From an uncultured Solirubrobacterales bacterium (GTDB taxonomy: Bacteria; Actinomycetota; Thermoleophilia; Solirubrobacterales; Solirubrobacteraceae): 64,000 nucleotides of DNA. Positions 20,379 to 31,026 of the stretch are shown here, in pieces (positions within the stretch are counted from its first letter, which is position 1; every line of letters starts with the position of its first letter). The stretch is taken from NCBI GenBank assembly GCA_963744195.1, contig CAVUSY010000009.1:225720-289719 (forward strand), written 5' to 3'. The position numbers and the translations under genes are program-made. The notes under the pieces were generated by a model. It was not told the origin of the DNA and made no database searches. It saw nothing but the letters and a program-made list of their open reading frames with translations.

Positions 20379-20953
20379 TCGCGCTGATCTCCGGGGTTGT
20401 CGCGGTCCGGCGTGCCGACCACGTGGTGGTGGACTGCGGTGGCGTCGGCTACCGCCTGGCGGTCTCAGGCCAGACGCTGGCGCAGGTCCCGGCGATCGGA
20501 CAGCCGGTGATGCTCCACACCCACCTGGTCGTCCGCGACGACGCCCTGGCGCTGTACGGCTTCGCCACCGAGCAGGAGCGTGAGCTGTTTCTGCTCCTGC
20601 TCGGGGTCCAGTCGGTCGGGCCCAAGGTCGCGCTGGCGGTGCTGTCGGGAGCGCCTCCGCGGGACCTCCTGGCCGCCGTGGCCAACGGAGACGTCGCGCG
20701 CCTGCAGGCCGCCCCCGGGGTGGGCAAGCGGACCGCCGAGCGGATCGTGGTCGAGCTGCGCGAGAAGGTCGGCGTCGCGCTTCCCGCCGACGTGATCTCG
20801 GTCAAGCGATCCGATGATCCGGCCTCCCTGGCCCGCGAGGCGCTGATCGGGCTCGGATTCACCCCGGTCGAGGTCGAGGAACTGCTCGCGGACGCCGCCG
20901 GGGCCAGCCCCGAGGACCTGATCGCCCAAGCGCTTCGGAGCGCCCGCCGATGA
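20375..20953 (+). CDS. ruvA: Holliday junction branch migration protein RuvA
   Basis: [27 protein letters not shown]. Confidence 0.97.
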   Translation: MIALISGVVAVRRADHVVVDCGGVGYRLAVSGQTLAQVPAIGQPVMLHTHLVVRDDALALYGFATEQERELFLLLLGVQSVGPKVALAVLSGAPPRDLLAAVANGDVARLQAAPGVGKRTAERIVVELREKVGVALPADVISVKRSDDPASLAREALIGLGFTPVEVEELLADAAGASPEDLIAQALRSARR

Positions 20954-21978
20954 GCTCGCTCAACGGGGGCCGCATCCAAACGCCCGACGAGCTGCCCGGC
21001 GACGAGATCGAGCTCGACCGCTCCCTGCGGCCGCGGCGGCTGGAGGACTTCATCGGCCAGGAGGGGGTCAAGGATCAGCTGGCGGTGTCGATCGCGGCCG
21101 CGGCCAGCCGCGGCGACGCGCTTGACCACGTGCTGCTCGCCGGCCCTCCCGGATTGGGCAAGACATCGCTGGCGCAGATTCTCGCCGCCGAGCTCGACGT
21201 GCCGTTCGTGCAGACGGCCGGACCAGCGCTCGAGCGCAAGGGGGATGTGGCGGCGTTCCTGACGGCACTGGAGCCCAGAGCAGTGTTCTTCGTCGACGAG
21301 ATCCACCGGCTGCCGAGGGCGCTGGAGGAGACGTTCTACCCCGCGATGGAGGACGGCGAGCTGCCGATCACGGTCGGCCAGGGCGCGGGGGCGCGGGTCG
21401 TGACCCTGCCGCTGCCGCCGTTCACCCTGATTGGCGCCACCACCCGCGCGGGGCTGTTGACGACGCCGCTGCGGGATCGCTTCGGCATCCAGCACCGGCT
21501 CGAGCACTACGGGGCTGAGGACCTTGGTCGCATCGTCGTTCGCTCCGCCCACCTGCTGGGGGTGACGATCGAGGCGGATGGGGCGGTGGCGATCGCCCGC
21601 CGCAGCCGCGGCACGCCGCGGGTGGCCAACCGGCTGCTCAAGCGGGTACGTGACTTCGCCGAGGTTCGCCACAACGGCGTGGTCACCGGCGAGGTGGCCA
21701 GCGCGGCGCTCGACCTGCTGGAGGTGGACGAGGCGGGACTGGACCGGCTGGACCGCGAGATCCTGTCGGCGATCTGCGAGAAGTTCGGCGGCGGTCCGGT
21801 GGGGCTGTCGACGCTGGCCGTCGCGGTGGGGGAGGAGCGAGACACCATCGAGGACGTCTATGAGCCGTATCTGCTCCAGCGCGGTCTGATCGAGCGGACC
21901 CCCCGTGGCCGTGCCGCCACCAAGCGGGCATACCGGCACCTTGGACTCGAGCCTCCCGGCCCGCTGGCACTCCTATAG
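20950..21978 (+). CDS. ruvB: Holliday junction helicase RuvB
   Basis: [41 protein letters not shown]. Confidence 0.98.
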   Translation: MSSLNGGRIQTPDELPGDEIELDRSLRPRRLEDFIGQEGVKDQLAVSIAAAASRGDALDHVLLAGPPGLGKTSLAQILAAELDVPFVQTAGPALERKGDVAAFLTALEPRAVFFVDEIHRLPRALEETFYPAMEDGELPITVGQGAGARVVTLPLPPFTLIGATTRAGLLTTPLRDRFGIQHRLEHYGAEDLGRIVVRSAHLLGVTIEADGAVAIARRSRGTPRVANRLLKRVRDFAEVRHNGVVTGEVASAALDLLEVDEAGLDRLDREILSAICEKFGGGPVGLSTLAVAVGEERDTIEDVYEPYLLQRGLIERTPRGRAATKRAYRHLGLEPPGPLALL

Positions 21979-22042
21979 GGCGTGTCATCGGCGGAGCGGT
22001 GCGACGAGTTCGGGCTCCGGGCCTGTCTATCCTGACCTGTTG

Positions 22043-22507
22043 ATGAGCCGAGAGCGTTACTTCATCTGTCCGCATTGCGGCAACCGATCCATGGGCGCCG
22101 ACCGCAACGCCGGCTTCCGTCGCGAAGCGCGCGGCTGCGAGAAATGCGGCTTCGCCTACCTGTTCGAATTGCTCGACGATTACTATCCGGCGCCGAACGC
22201 CGCCTTCTTCGCCTGCGACAGCGACGGGCGTATCGTGGATTGCGGCCGCGGGTCGTTCGAGCTCACGGGTTTGAAGACCGAGCAGGCGATCGGGCGTCCG
22301 GTCCGAGACGTGCTCGGGTTGCGCTTCGACGATGGCACCGATCACGTGGGGACCGCGCTGGAGTGGGAGGTCCGGGTGCAGGGCAAGCCGGTCGAAGTCC
22401 ACGCCGAGCATGACCTCCCCGCCCATGCGGTGGCCGACATCTTCCCCGCCTACGACGACGATGAGGGCGGTCTGCTCGTGGTGCTGACGCCGACCAACCA
22501 CCACTAG
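22043..22507 (+). CDS. Zinc-ribbon plus PAS-domain protein
   Basis: CPHC...CEKC followed by a PAS-like fold (ACDSDGRIV...FELTG...AIGRPV); TATCCT box upstream. Confidence 0.75.
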   Translation: MSRERYFICPHCGNRSMGADRNAGFRREARGCEKCGFAYLFELLDDYYPAPNAAFFACDSDGRIVDCGRGSFELTGLKTEQAIGRPVRDVLGLRFDDGTDHVGTALEWEVRVQGKPVEVHAEHDLPAHAVADIFPAYDDDEGGLLVVLTPTNHH

Positions 22508-22565
22508 TTCACCAGTTGTCGCGTAGCACCCACGACTCTCTAGCTGCTCTAGCATCAATCGACTG

Positions 22566-25500
22566 ATGTCAGACCGACAGCGCCACGGATTTGTCCTGCT
22601 CCTCGTAGCTGGGCTGATCGCAGCCTCGGTGTTCGTGATCTTCACGCAGAAGACCCGCTTGGGACTCGATCTCAAGGGCGGCGTGCAGCTCGTCTACCAG
22701 GGCGAGCCGACGGCCCAGACGCCGACGGTGACCCAGGATGCGCTCAGCCGGGCGGTCGACATCATGCGCCAGCGCGTCGACCAGCTCGGTGTCGCCGAGC
22801 CCTCGATCCAGACCTCCGGTGGCAACCAGATCTCAGTCGGCCTGCCCAGCGTGAGCAACACCACGCGGGCTGTGCAGCAGGTGGGGACGACGGCGCGGCT
22901 GGAGTTCTATGACTGGGAGGCGAACGCGCTGACGCCGAACGGCAAGACCGTCGCCAGCCAGCTCCAGGCCCAGGATCCGACCGCAACCCAGCTGAGCCAG
23001 GGCACCGGCGGGGGCGCCCCCGGCCAGCCCGGAGCCGGAAGCCTCCCGCTCTACCAGGCGGTCAAGCTGGCGTCGGCCCAGCCTCCCTCGGTGAGCAGCG
23101 ACAACGCCCGCGACGGCCAGGAGTACTACCTGTTCGGCGCGCCCGGGAGCACCGCCTGCGCGACGGCCGCCCGGGATCAGCACACCGTCCCGGTGGTGGG
23201 CCAGCGCTGCTTGCTATCGGGTCCGGTCGACGAGACCACGACCAATCCGCAGACCATCGCGCAGGACCTCGCATCGGGTCTGCCGGCTGGGGTCAGAGCC
23301 TCCCAGGGACAGCGGCTCGTGATCCCGCAGGGCACCGTGGTCGTCCTGGCCGCGCCCCCGACCGCCTCCGCCCTAAAGCAGTTCAACAGCCCGACGGCGC
23401 AGTTCTACGTGCTCAAGGATCACGTAGCGCTGTTCGGCAACGACATCACCAACCCCCAGCAGTCGACCGACCAGTCGGGCAATCCCGACGTGACCTTCGG
23501 CTTCAACTCCGCGGGCGGTAACAAGTTCCAGCACGTCACCGCGGCGATCGCGCGCCGTGGCGAGCTCGTCAGCACCTTCGGCCAGGCGCTCAACCAGCAC
23601 TTCGCGGTCGCGCTGGACAACAAGCTGATCACGGTTCCGTCGATCGACTTCAAGCTCTACCCGGACGGCATCACCGGCGGCAACGGCGCCGACATCACCG
23701 GCGGCTTCACGAACCAGTCCGCCCAGGATCTCGCCACCCAGCTACGGCTCGGCGCGCTCCCGATCAAGCTGAAGCTGATCTCGGAGTCCGATGTCTCGGC
23801 GACGCTGGGCCAGCAGGCGCTGCATCAGGGCCTCATCGCCGGCGCGGCGGGACTGCTCGTGGTGGCCCTGTTCCTGATCCTCTACTACCGCGTGCTGGGC
23901 GTCATCGCCACCACCGCGCTGGTGGTCTACGCGCTGTACTTCTACGCGCTGATCAAGCTGATCCCGATCACGCTGACGCTGGCCGGGATCGCCGGTCTGA
24001 TCCTGACCATCGGCGTCGCGGCGGACGCGAACATCGTCATCTTCGAACGGGTCAAGGAGGAGATCCGCGCCGGTCGGTCGATCCGGGCGGGGATCGTCAC
24101 CGGCTACCGAAAGGGTCTGACGGCGATCATCGACGCCAACGTGGTCACGATCATGACCGCGTTCATCCTGTTCGTGCTCGCCACCGCGGACGTGAAGGGA
24201 TTCGCGTTCACGCTGGGGATCGGCGTGATCGTCTCGCTGTTCACCGCCGTCCTGGCGACCCAGGCGATCCTGATGACGATGGGCGACTCGCGGACCATCG
24301 CCCGGCCCTCGGCGCTCGGCGCGGGCGGCAAGAAACGGGAGTGGCGATACGACTTCATGGGCGCCTCGAAGTACTTCTTCTCGATGTCCGGCGTGATCCT
24401 GATGATCGGAGCGCTGGCGATCGGCGGCCGGGGGCTGAACCTCGGCATCGACTTCACGTCCGGCACCCGCATCACCACGGGCCTGGTGCACCAGACCACC
24501 GCCGCGCAGGTCAGCTCGGTGGTCAGCAGTGGCGGCGCGACCGCTCCCGTGGTGCAGAAGATCACCAACAAGGCGCTCGGCAACAGCGTGTACCAGATCG
24601 CCTCAAAGCAGCTGCAACCGGCCAAGCTGGGAGCGGTTCGCGCCGCCCTGAACGCTCGTTTCGGGGTCCGGTCGTTTGACAGCAGCTCGGTGGGACCGAC
24701 CTTTGGTGCCACCGTCGCCAACAGCGCCGTGGTGGCGATCATCGCCTCGCTGCTCGTCATCTCCGCCTACGTGGCGTTGCGCTTCGAGTGGAAGTTCGCC
24801 GTCCCGGTGCTGATCGCGCTGATGCACGACCTGCTCATCACCAGCGGCGTCTATGCGCTCACGGGAAGGCCGGTGACGACGGACACCGTGGCCGCCCTGT
24901 TGACCATCTTGGGCTACTCGATGTACGACACGATCATCGTGTTCGACCGCGTGCGCGAGAACATCCCGCGCATGCCTCGAGCCGCGTTCTCGCAGATCGT
25001 CAACCGGTCGATGGCCGAGGTGATGACCCGGTCGATCGCCACGACCTCCTGCACACTGATGCCCATCCTGGCGCTGCTGCTGTTCGGAGGCTCGACGCTG
25101 AGGGACTTCGCGTTCGCGCTGCTGATCGGTGTCGCCTCGGGCGCATACTCATCGATCTTCATCGCGTCCCCGGTGCTCACCCACTGGAAGGAGCGCGAGC
25201 CGGTCTATCGCTCCCGCCGCCACCGGATCGAGACCGAGCTCGGCAGTGTCCCCGCCTACGCCGCAGCCGGCGGCGACATCGAGCCGGCCCGCGAGCGCGT
25301 GAGCCGGCGGGTCGGCCGGATCACCACGCCTGAGCCCGAGACTGTTTCCGCCGCCGAGTTCGAGCAGATGAAGCGCGACCTGGCGATCGAGGAGCTGGAG
25401 CCCAGCAGCCACACCTCGACGCTGACCAAGCGCCTCGCTCACACTCCCGATGAACCCGACACCAAGGCCAGCGCGGCCGGCACCGCCCGCGGCTCGAGGC

Positions 25501-25787
25501 CTTCCGGCGGGCGCGGTTCACGGCCGGGTCCGGGCGGGGCCTCGCCGCCCCCCGGCGGGCGCGGCTCGCGGCCGGGTCCGGGCGGGGACCCACTGCGGCC
25601 CGGCGCCCCGGTGGCGCCCAAGGACGCCGATCCCGCCACCACCGCCGGTCAGCCGTCCGCGCCCACCGGTGGGGATGGCGTCGTGGAGCCCGCTCCCGAC
25701 GAGGCCGAGAACGACGGCATGGCGCCGAGCCAGAAGCCCAGCCGGCCGGCCAAGCCCCGCAACCGCCGGCACGGAAGGCGCCGCTGA
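22566..25787 (+). CDS. secDF: Fused protein translocase subunit SecDF
   Basis: LGLDLKGG, RVDQLGVAEP, DANIVIFERVKEE, GIDFTSG, GYSMYDTIIVFDRVREN; long disordered C-terminal tail. Confidence 0.96.
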   Translation: MSDRQRHGFVLLLVAGLIAASVFVIFTQKTRLGLDLKGGVQLVYQGEPTAQTPTVTQDALSRAVDIMRQRVDQLGVAEPSIQTSGGNQISVGLPSVSNTTRAVQQVGTTARLEFYDWEANALTPNGKTVASQLQAQDPTATQLSQGTGGGAPGQPGAGSLPLYQAVKLASAQPPSVSSDNARDGQEYYLFGAPGSTACATAARDQHTVPVVGQRCLLSGPVDETTTNPQTIAQDLASGLPAGVRASQGQRLVIPQGTVVVLAAPPTASALKQFNSPTAQFYVLKDHVALFGNDITNPQQSTDQSGNPDVTFGFNSAGGNKFQHVTAAIARRGELVSTFGQALNQHFAVALDNKLITVPSIDFKLYPDGITGGNGADITGGFTNQSAQDLATQLRLGALPIKLKLISESDVSATLGQQALHQGLIAGAAGLLVVALFLILYYRVLGVIATTALVVYALYFYALIKLIPITLTLAGIAGLILTIGVAADANIVIFERVKEEIRAGRSIRAGIVTGYRKGLTAIIDANVVTIMTAFILFVLATADVKGFAFTLGIGVIVSLFTAVLATQAILMTMGDSRTIARPSALGAGGKKREWRYDFMGASKYFFSMSGVILMIGALAIGGRGLNLGIDFTSGTRITTGLVHQTTAAQVSSVVSSGGATAPVVQKITNKALGNSVYQIASKQLQPAKLGAVRAALNARFGVRSFDSSSVGPTFGATVANSAVVAIIASLLVISAYVALRFEWKFAVPVLIALMHDLLITSGVYALTGRPVTTDTVAALLTILGYSMYDTIIVFDRVRENIPRMPRAAFSQIVNRSMAEVMTRSIATTSCTLMPILALLLFGGSTLRDFAFALLIGVASGAYSSIFIASPVLTHWKEREPVYRSRRHRIETELGSVPAYAAAGGDIEPARERVSRRVGRITTPEPETVSAAEFEQMKRDLAIEELEPSSHTSTLTKRLAHTPDEPDTKASAAGTARGSRPSGGRGSRPGPGGASPPPGGRGSRPGPGGDPLRPGAPVAPKDADPATTAGQPSAPTGGDGVVEPAPDEAENDGMAPSQKPSRPAKPRNRRHGRRR
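25504..25587 (+). repeat. Direct repeat with 48-bp period in the SecDF tail
   Basis: Encodes GGRGSRPGPGG twice. Confidence 0.8.
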
Positions 25788-25788
25788 C

Positions 25789-26073
25789 ATGGGAATGCTG
25801 GCCTGGGTCATGATGGGACTGGCGCTGTGGCACTTCACGATCTGGCTGCCGGATCGCTATTGGGGTGGGATCGTCGGGGCGCTCATCGGGGCGTTGATCG
25901 GCGCGGTCCTGTTCGGTTTGATCGTCAACGGCTTCGTCATCCCGGGCCGCCACAGCACCCATATCTACACGGCGCTGGAGGCCATTCCCGGCGCGCTGAT
26001 CGGTATGGCGCTGGTGTACTACGAAGGGCTGCGCCGTGAGCGCAGCGGCCAGCCCGGCGCGATCCGGCTCTGA
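25789..26073 (+). CDS. Small membrane protein of unknown function (94 aa)
   Basis: ATG 1 nt after the secDF stop; MGMLAWVMMGLALWHFTIWLPDRYWGGIVGA...; three hydrophobic segments. Confidence 0.75.
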   Translation: MGMLAWVMMGLALWHFTIWLPDRYWGGIVGALIGALIGAVLFGLIVNGFVIPGRHSTHIYTALEAIPGALIGMALVYYEGLRRERSGQPGAIRL

Positions 26074-26153
26074 TCCCCCGCCGCGCGCTAGGACGCCTCC
26101 TCAGCGCCGTCGCAGCGCACCGATCCGTCTGGGACGGGTCATACGCTGGCGCC

Positions 26154-28593
26154 ATGTCCGAGGCTCTGCTCGTGCCCGCGATCGCCCCGCCGCGGCGCCT
26201 GGACATTCCCGCGTATTCCCTGACCGCGGCGCTCCGGCTCGAACGCGAGCTGGGGCTGGGGCATCCCATCGCGCAGGTGCTGGTGCGCCGCGGGCTGGCC
26301 GACCCTGAGCTGGCCCGCGCCTTTCTGGCCGCCGGGGAGGCCCATGACCCGATGGCGTTCGCCGGGATCGAGGTCGCTCTGGCCACGATCCGGCGCCACA
26401 TCGAAGCCGGATCCCGGATCACCGTGCACGGCGACTACGACGTCGATGGGATCTGCGCCACCGCGATCATGGTCAGGGCGCTGCGAGCGCTCGGCGCCAA
26501 CACCGGATGGTTTCTCCCCAGCCGCATCGACGACGGGTACGGGCTCGCGGCGGCGACGGTGCAGCGGCTGGCCGATCGCGGCACGGCCCTGATCCTGACG
26601 GTCGACTGCGGCATCACCGCCGTGGAGGAGGTCGCCCAGGCGCGGGCCGCCGGCGTGGAGATCGTCATCACCGACCATCACGCCCCCCGCGCCGACGGTC
26701 AGCTTCCCGCATGCCCGATCGTGCACCCCGCCGTCTGCGGATACCCCTGTCCGCAGCTGTGCGGCACCGCTGTGGCCTACAAGCTCGCCCAGGCCCTCGG
26801 GGCCGACACCGCCGACGACGATCTGGAACTGGTGGCGATGGCGACCGTGGCGGACCTGGTCGGGCTGCTGGGCGAGAACCGCCGCCTCGTGCGCGAAGGC
26901 CTGCACGCGCTCGCCAGCACCGCCAAGCCCGGGCTGCGAGCGCTGATGAGCGTCACCAAGGCCGATCCGAGTGCGCTTGACACCGGCACGGTGGGCTTCC
27001 GGCTGGCGCCGCGGATCAACGCCGCCGGACGGATGCGCCGGGCCGACTCCGGTCTCGAGCTGCTGCTCACCGACGACCCGGCGCGGGCGATGGAGATCGC
27101 GGTCGAGCTCGACGCCGTCAACGCCGAGCGTCGTGCCGTCGAGCAGCGGATTCTGTGGGAGGCGGAGTCGCAGGTGACCCAGCTCGGCCCGCGGACCGCC
27201 TATGTGCTGGCCTGCGAGGACTGGCACCCGGGGGTCATCGGGATCGTCGCGTCACGGATCGTCGAGCACCACCACCGTCCGGCCATCCTGGTCGCGCTGG
27301 ACGGCGAGCTCGGTACCGGCTCCGGGCGCAGCATTGCGGGCTTCGACCTGCTCGGCGGGCTGCATGCCGCCGCCGGCCACCTCGAACGCTACGGCGGCCA
27401 CCGTGCCGCCGCCGGCCTGAGCCTGCGCCGGGAACATCTGGACGACTTTCGGGCCGCCTTCGAGGCGCACGCCGCCGAGGTGCTCACGCCCGAGATGCTC
27501 GAGCCGGTGGAGCGCGTCGACGCGATCGTGTCGGGATCCGAGCTGGGGCTCGGCCTGGCCGAGGAGCTCGAGGCTCTGCAACCGTGCGGAATGGGTAATC
27601 CGGCGCCCCGGCTGCTGGTCCCGGGCGCACGCTTCACCGACGTTCGACCGATGGGGGAGGGACGGCACGCGCGGTTCTCGGTCAGCTCGGGCGGCGCGCG
27701 GGCCAAGGCGGTGGCGTTCGGCTGTGACGGACGGGTCGAGGGTGACGGGGGGCCGGTGGACGCGACCTTCAAGCTCGAGCGCAACGCGTGGAACGGAGCA
27801 GTGGAGCCGAGGCTGGTGCTGCGCCACGCGCAGGTCTGCCGTCCGGCCGGCATCGAGGTGATCGGGGAGCCCGGCGACTATCTCGGGACCGTGTGGGGAG
27901 AGCTCGAGGCGTCGCTGGAGCCGCCCCCGGTACCGGAGCTGTCGCAGGCAGCCGTCAGGACGATCCTCGATCGTCGCGGTGAGAGCCCGCTGGCCGTCCT
28001 CAGCGATGCGCTCGCCGGGGAGGGACCGGTGCTGGCGGTGTGCGCCGACGTTCCGCGCCGGCTCGACGGCCTGCGCGACCCGGGTGGGCGGCTTCTCCCT
28101 GGCGTGCTATCAGGCGCTTGAGCAGGATCCGTCCCTGGCGCCGCGATTTGCGCATCTGGTTGCGCTCGATCCGCCCACCGGCCCGGGCCAGCGGGAGCGT
28201 TTGCGGGCCGGGGCGGGGTTCACCCACCTGACGTGGGGCGAACCTGAGCTACGCTTTGCGGAGCAGATGCATGAGCTTGAGTACGGACTCCGTGCTTCGC
28301 TCGTCGCCATGTACCGGGCCCTCAGGGACCTGGGCCGGGCGGCCGGCGAGGAGCTCGAGCGACTGCTCCGCGGCGACGGTCCGCACGGTCGGTCACCACG
28401 ACTGGCCGCGAGACTGGTCCGGGTGCTCGCGGAGTTGGAGCTCGTCAGCCTCGACCGGGATCTGCCGGCCCTCGCGATCGCAGGCCGGGCGCCCACTGCG
28501 CTCGAGCACTCGCCGTCCTACAGGGTCTATGCCCAGCGATATGAGGACGGACGACGATTCCTGAGCCGCGCAAACCACCCACCAAGCGTCTGA
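26154..28593 (+). CDS. recJ: Single-stranded-DNA exonuclease RecJ, frameshift near 28080
   Basis: GDYDVDG, TVDCG, TDHH, APRINAAGR, GSGRS, GGHRAAAG; the C-terminal region continues in 27979..28593. Confidence 0.93.
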
Positions 28594-28619
28594 CGCGGGC
28601 CCTCGCCCGCGGCGACCAG

Positions 28620-31007
28620 ATGGGGACTGACCGCGCCGACCGGGCAAAGTCGGGCAACGGCGCCGGACCGGGCGGCATCACGACGCTGGCGGTCTCACGT
28701 GCCCCGGTGGACGGCCTCAGCGGCGGCGACAGCCGCACCCCGGTCGAGCGGGCCGGTCTCTCGCCGCTGGAGCAGGGGCTGCTGGGTGACCTGTTCGCGA
28801 TCGTCGAGGAGCATGCCGACCAGGCGGCCATCGCGATCGACCGCGACCGGGTGGAGGAGGCCTTCGTCTACGCCTGCGTGCACCACGCCGACCAGCGCCG
28901 GCGCTCCGGCGAGGACTTCATCACCCATCCGGTGGGCGTGGCCAAGATCTGCGCCGGCATGCGGCTCGACACCGAGACGCTGTGCGCGGCCCTGCTGCAC
29001 GACACCGTCGAGGACACCAGCGCGTCGCTGACCGAGGTCGCCGCTGCGTTCGGCGATGAGATCGCGGGTCTGGTCGACGGCGTCACCAAGCTGACCGGAC
29101 TGACCTTCCAGTCGCGCGACGAGGCGCAGGCCGAGAACTACCGCAAGATGGTCGTGGCGATGGCCACCGACATCCGGGTGATCCTGATCAAGCTCGCCGA
29201 CCGCCTGCACAACATGCGCACGATCGGCGCGATGCCCAAGCAGAAGCAGATCGAGAAGTCGCGCGAGACGCTCGACATCTACGCCCCGATCGCACACCGC
29301 CTCGGTATCCATGCCATCAAGTGGGAGCTCGAGGACCTGGCCTTCCAGACGCTGCACCCGCGCAAGTACAACGAGATCAAGGGCCTGGTGGCCCAGCAGC
29401 GCGGTGAGCGCGAGCGCTATGTCAACGAGGCCGGCGAGTACGTGGCGGCGGAGCTGGCCGAGCTCGGCATCCACGCCGAGATCTCGGGCCGCGCCAAGCA
29501 CTTCTACTCGATCTACTCCAAGATGACCAAGAAGGGCCGCGAGTTCAACGAGATCTACGACCTGACCGCGATGCGGGTGATCGTCGACTCGGTCAAGGAC
29601 ACCTACGGCGCCGTGGGCGTGATCCACTCGCTGTGGAAGCCGCTGCCGGGCCGCTTCAAGGACTTCATCGCGATGCCCAAGTTCAACATGTACCAGTCGC
29701 TGCACACGACGGTGATCGGTCCCGAGGGCAGGCCGCTGGAGATTCAGATCCGGACCCGGGAGATGCACGATCTGGCCGAGTTCGGGATCGCCGCGCACTG
29801 GATCTACAAGGAGGGCGTGGCCCGCCGGGCGCCGGGGACGGCAAATGACACCTCGCTCGGGCCTCAGGATCAGGACGGCAAGCTCAAGTGGCTGCGCTCG
29901 CTGCTGGACTGGCAGCAGGATCTCAACGACCCGCGCGAATTCATGGAGACCCTCAGGGTCGACCTGTTCGAGGACGAGGTGTTCGTGTTCACGCCCAAGG
30001 GCGAGGTCAAGTCGCTCGCCGCGGGCGCCACGCCGCTGGACTTCGCCTACGAGATCCACACCGACGTCGGCCACCGTTGCGTCGGAGCCAAGGTCAACGG
30101 CAAGATCGTCCCGCTGTCCTACCAGCTTCGTTCGGGGGACATCGTCGAGGTTCTGACCTCCAAGCGCGAGCGCGGCCCCTCACGAGACTGGCTGGCGCTG
30201 GTCAAGACCACTCGGGCCCGGAACAAGATCAAGGCCTGGTTCAAGGCCGAGTCGCGGCGTGACACCGAGCACACCGGTCGCGAGCTGCTCCAGGAGCACC
30301 TCAAGAAGCAGGGCCTCCCGGCCCAGAAGCTGGTCGGCTCGCCGCTGCTCGCCGACGTCATCCGGGAGATGGGCTTCCGCAAGGGGGACGACTTCTACAT
30401 CGCGCTCGGCGGGGCCAAGATCTCCGCCAAGGTCGTCGTCAACAAGGTCATGCAGCGCCTCAAGCAGGGCGAGGCGGCCGAGTCGGAGCCGACCGCGGCC
30501 GACGACCTGCTGCAGACCAACCGCCGCCGCACCCGGCCCACGACCTCCTCGTCGCGCTACGGGATCGCCGTCGAGGGGATCGACGAGGTGATGCTGCGCC
30601 TGGCGAAGTGCTGCCGGCCGGTGCCGGGCGACCCGATCGTCGGCTACATCTCGCTGGGCCGGGGGATCACCATCCACCGCGAGGACTGCCCCAATGTGGC
30701 CGTGCTCAGGAAGGACCCCGACCGCTTCACCCAGGTGTCCTGGGACGGCGACGCCGAGACCTCGTTCCGGGTCGAGATCGAGGTCGACGGCTGGGACCGC
30801 CACCGGCTGCTGGAGGACATGTCGCGGACCTTCGCCGAGGCCGGCATCAACATCCTCGACGCGCACTGCGCCGTCAACCACCCGATGGTCAAGAACCGGT
30901 TCGTGGTCGAGGTGGGGGACACGCGGACGCTGGATCAGGCGATCAACCGTCTACGCAACATCGACGCGGTGTTCGACGCCTATCGCGTCACGCCGGGCTC
31001 CGGCTGA
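28620..31007 (+). CDS. relA: Bifunctional (p)ppGpp synthetase/hydrolase Rel
   Basis: LLHDTVED hydrolase, KLADRLHNMRT, RFKD, YQSLHT, TGS, CC...HREDC and ACT domains. Start position uncertain. Confidence 0.96.
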   Translation: MGTDRADRAKSGNGAGPGGITTLAVSRAPVDGLSGGDSRTPVERAGLSPLEQGLLGDLFAIVEEHADQAAIAIDRDRVEEAFVYACVHHADQRRRSGEDFITHPVGVAKICAGMRLDTETLCAALLHDTVEDTSASLTEVAAAFGDEIAGLVDGVTKLTGLTFQSRDEAQAENYRKMVVAMATDIRVILIKLADRLHNMRTIGAMPKQKQIEKSRETLDIYAPIAHRLGIHAIKWELEDLAFQTLHPRKYNEIKGLVAQQRGERERYVNEAGEYVAAELAELGIHAEISGRAKHFYSIYSKMTKKGREFNEIYDLTAMRVIVDSVKDTYGAVGVIHSLWKPLPGRFKDFIAMPKFNMYQSLHTTVIGPEGRPLEIQIRTREMHDLAEFGIAAHWIYKEGVARRAPGTANDTSLGPQDQDGKLKWLRSLLDWQQDLNDPREFMETLRVDLFEDEVFVFTPKGEVKSLAAGATPLDFAYEIHTDVGHRCVGAKVNGKIVPLSYQLRSGDIVEVLTSKRERGPSRDWLALVKTTRARNKIKAWFKAESRRDTEHTGRELLQEHLKKQGLPAQKLVGSPLLADVIREMGFRKGDDFYIALGGAKISAKVVVNKVMQRLKQGEAAESEPTAADDLLQTNRRRTRPTTSSSRYGIAVEGIDEVMLRLAKCCRPVPGDPIVGYISLGRGITIHREDCPNVAVLRKDPDRFTQVSWDGDAETSFRVEIEVDGWDRHRLLEDMSRTFAEAGINILDAHCAVNHPMVKNRFVVEVGDTRTLDQAINRLRNIDAVFDAYRVTPGSG

Positions 31008-31026
31008 CCCGCACTCGAGCGACGCT

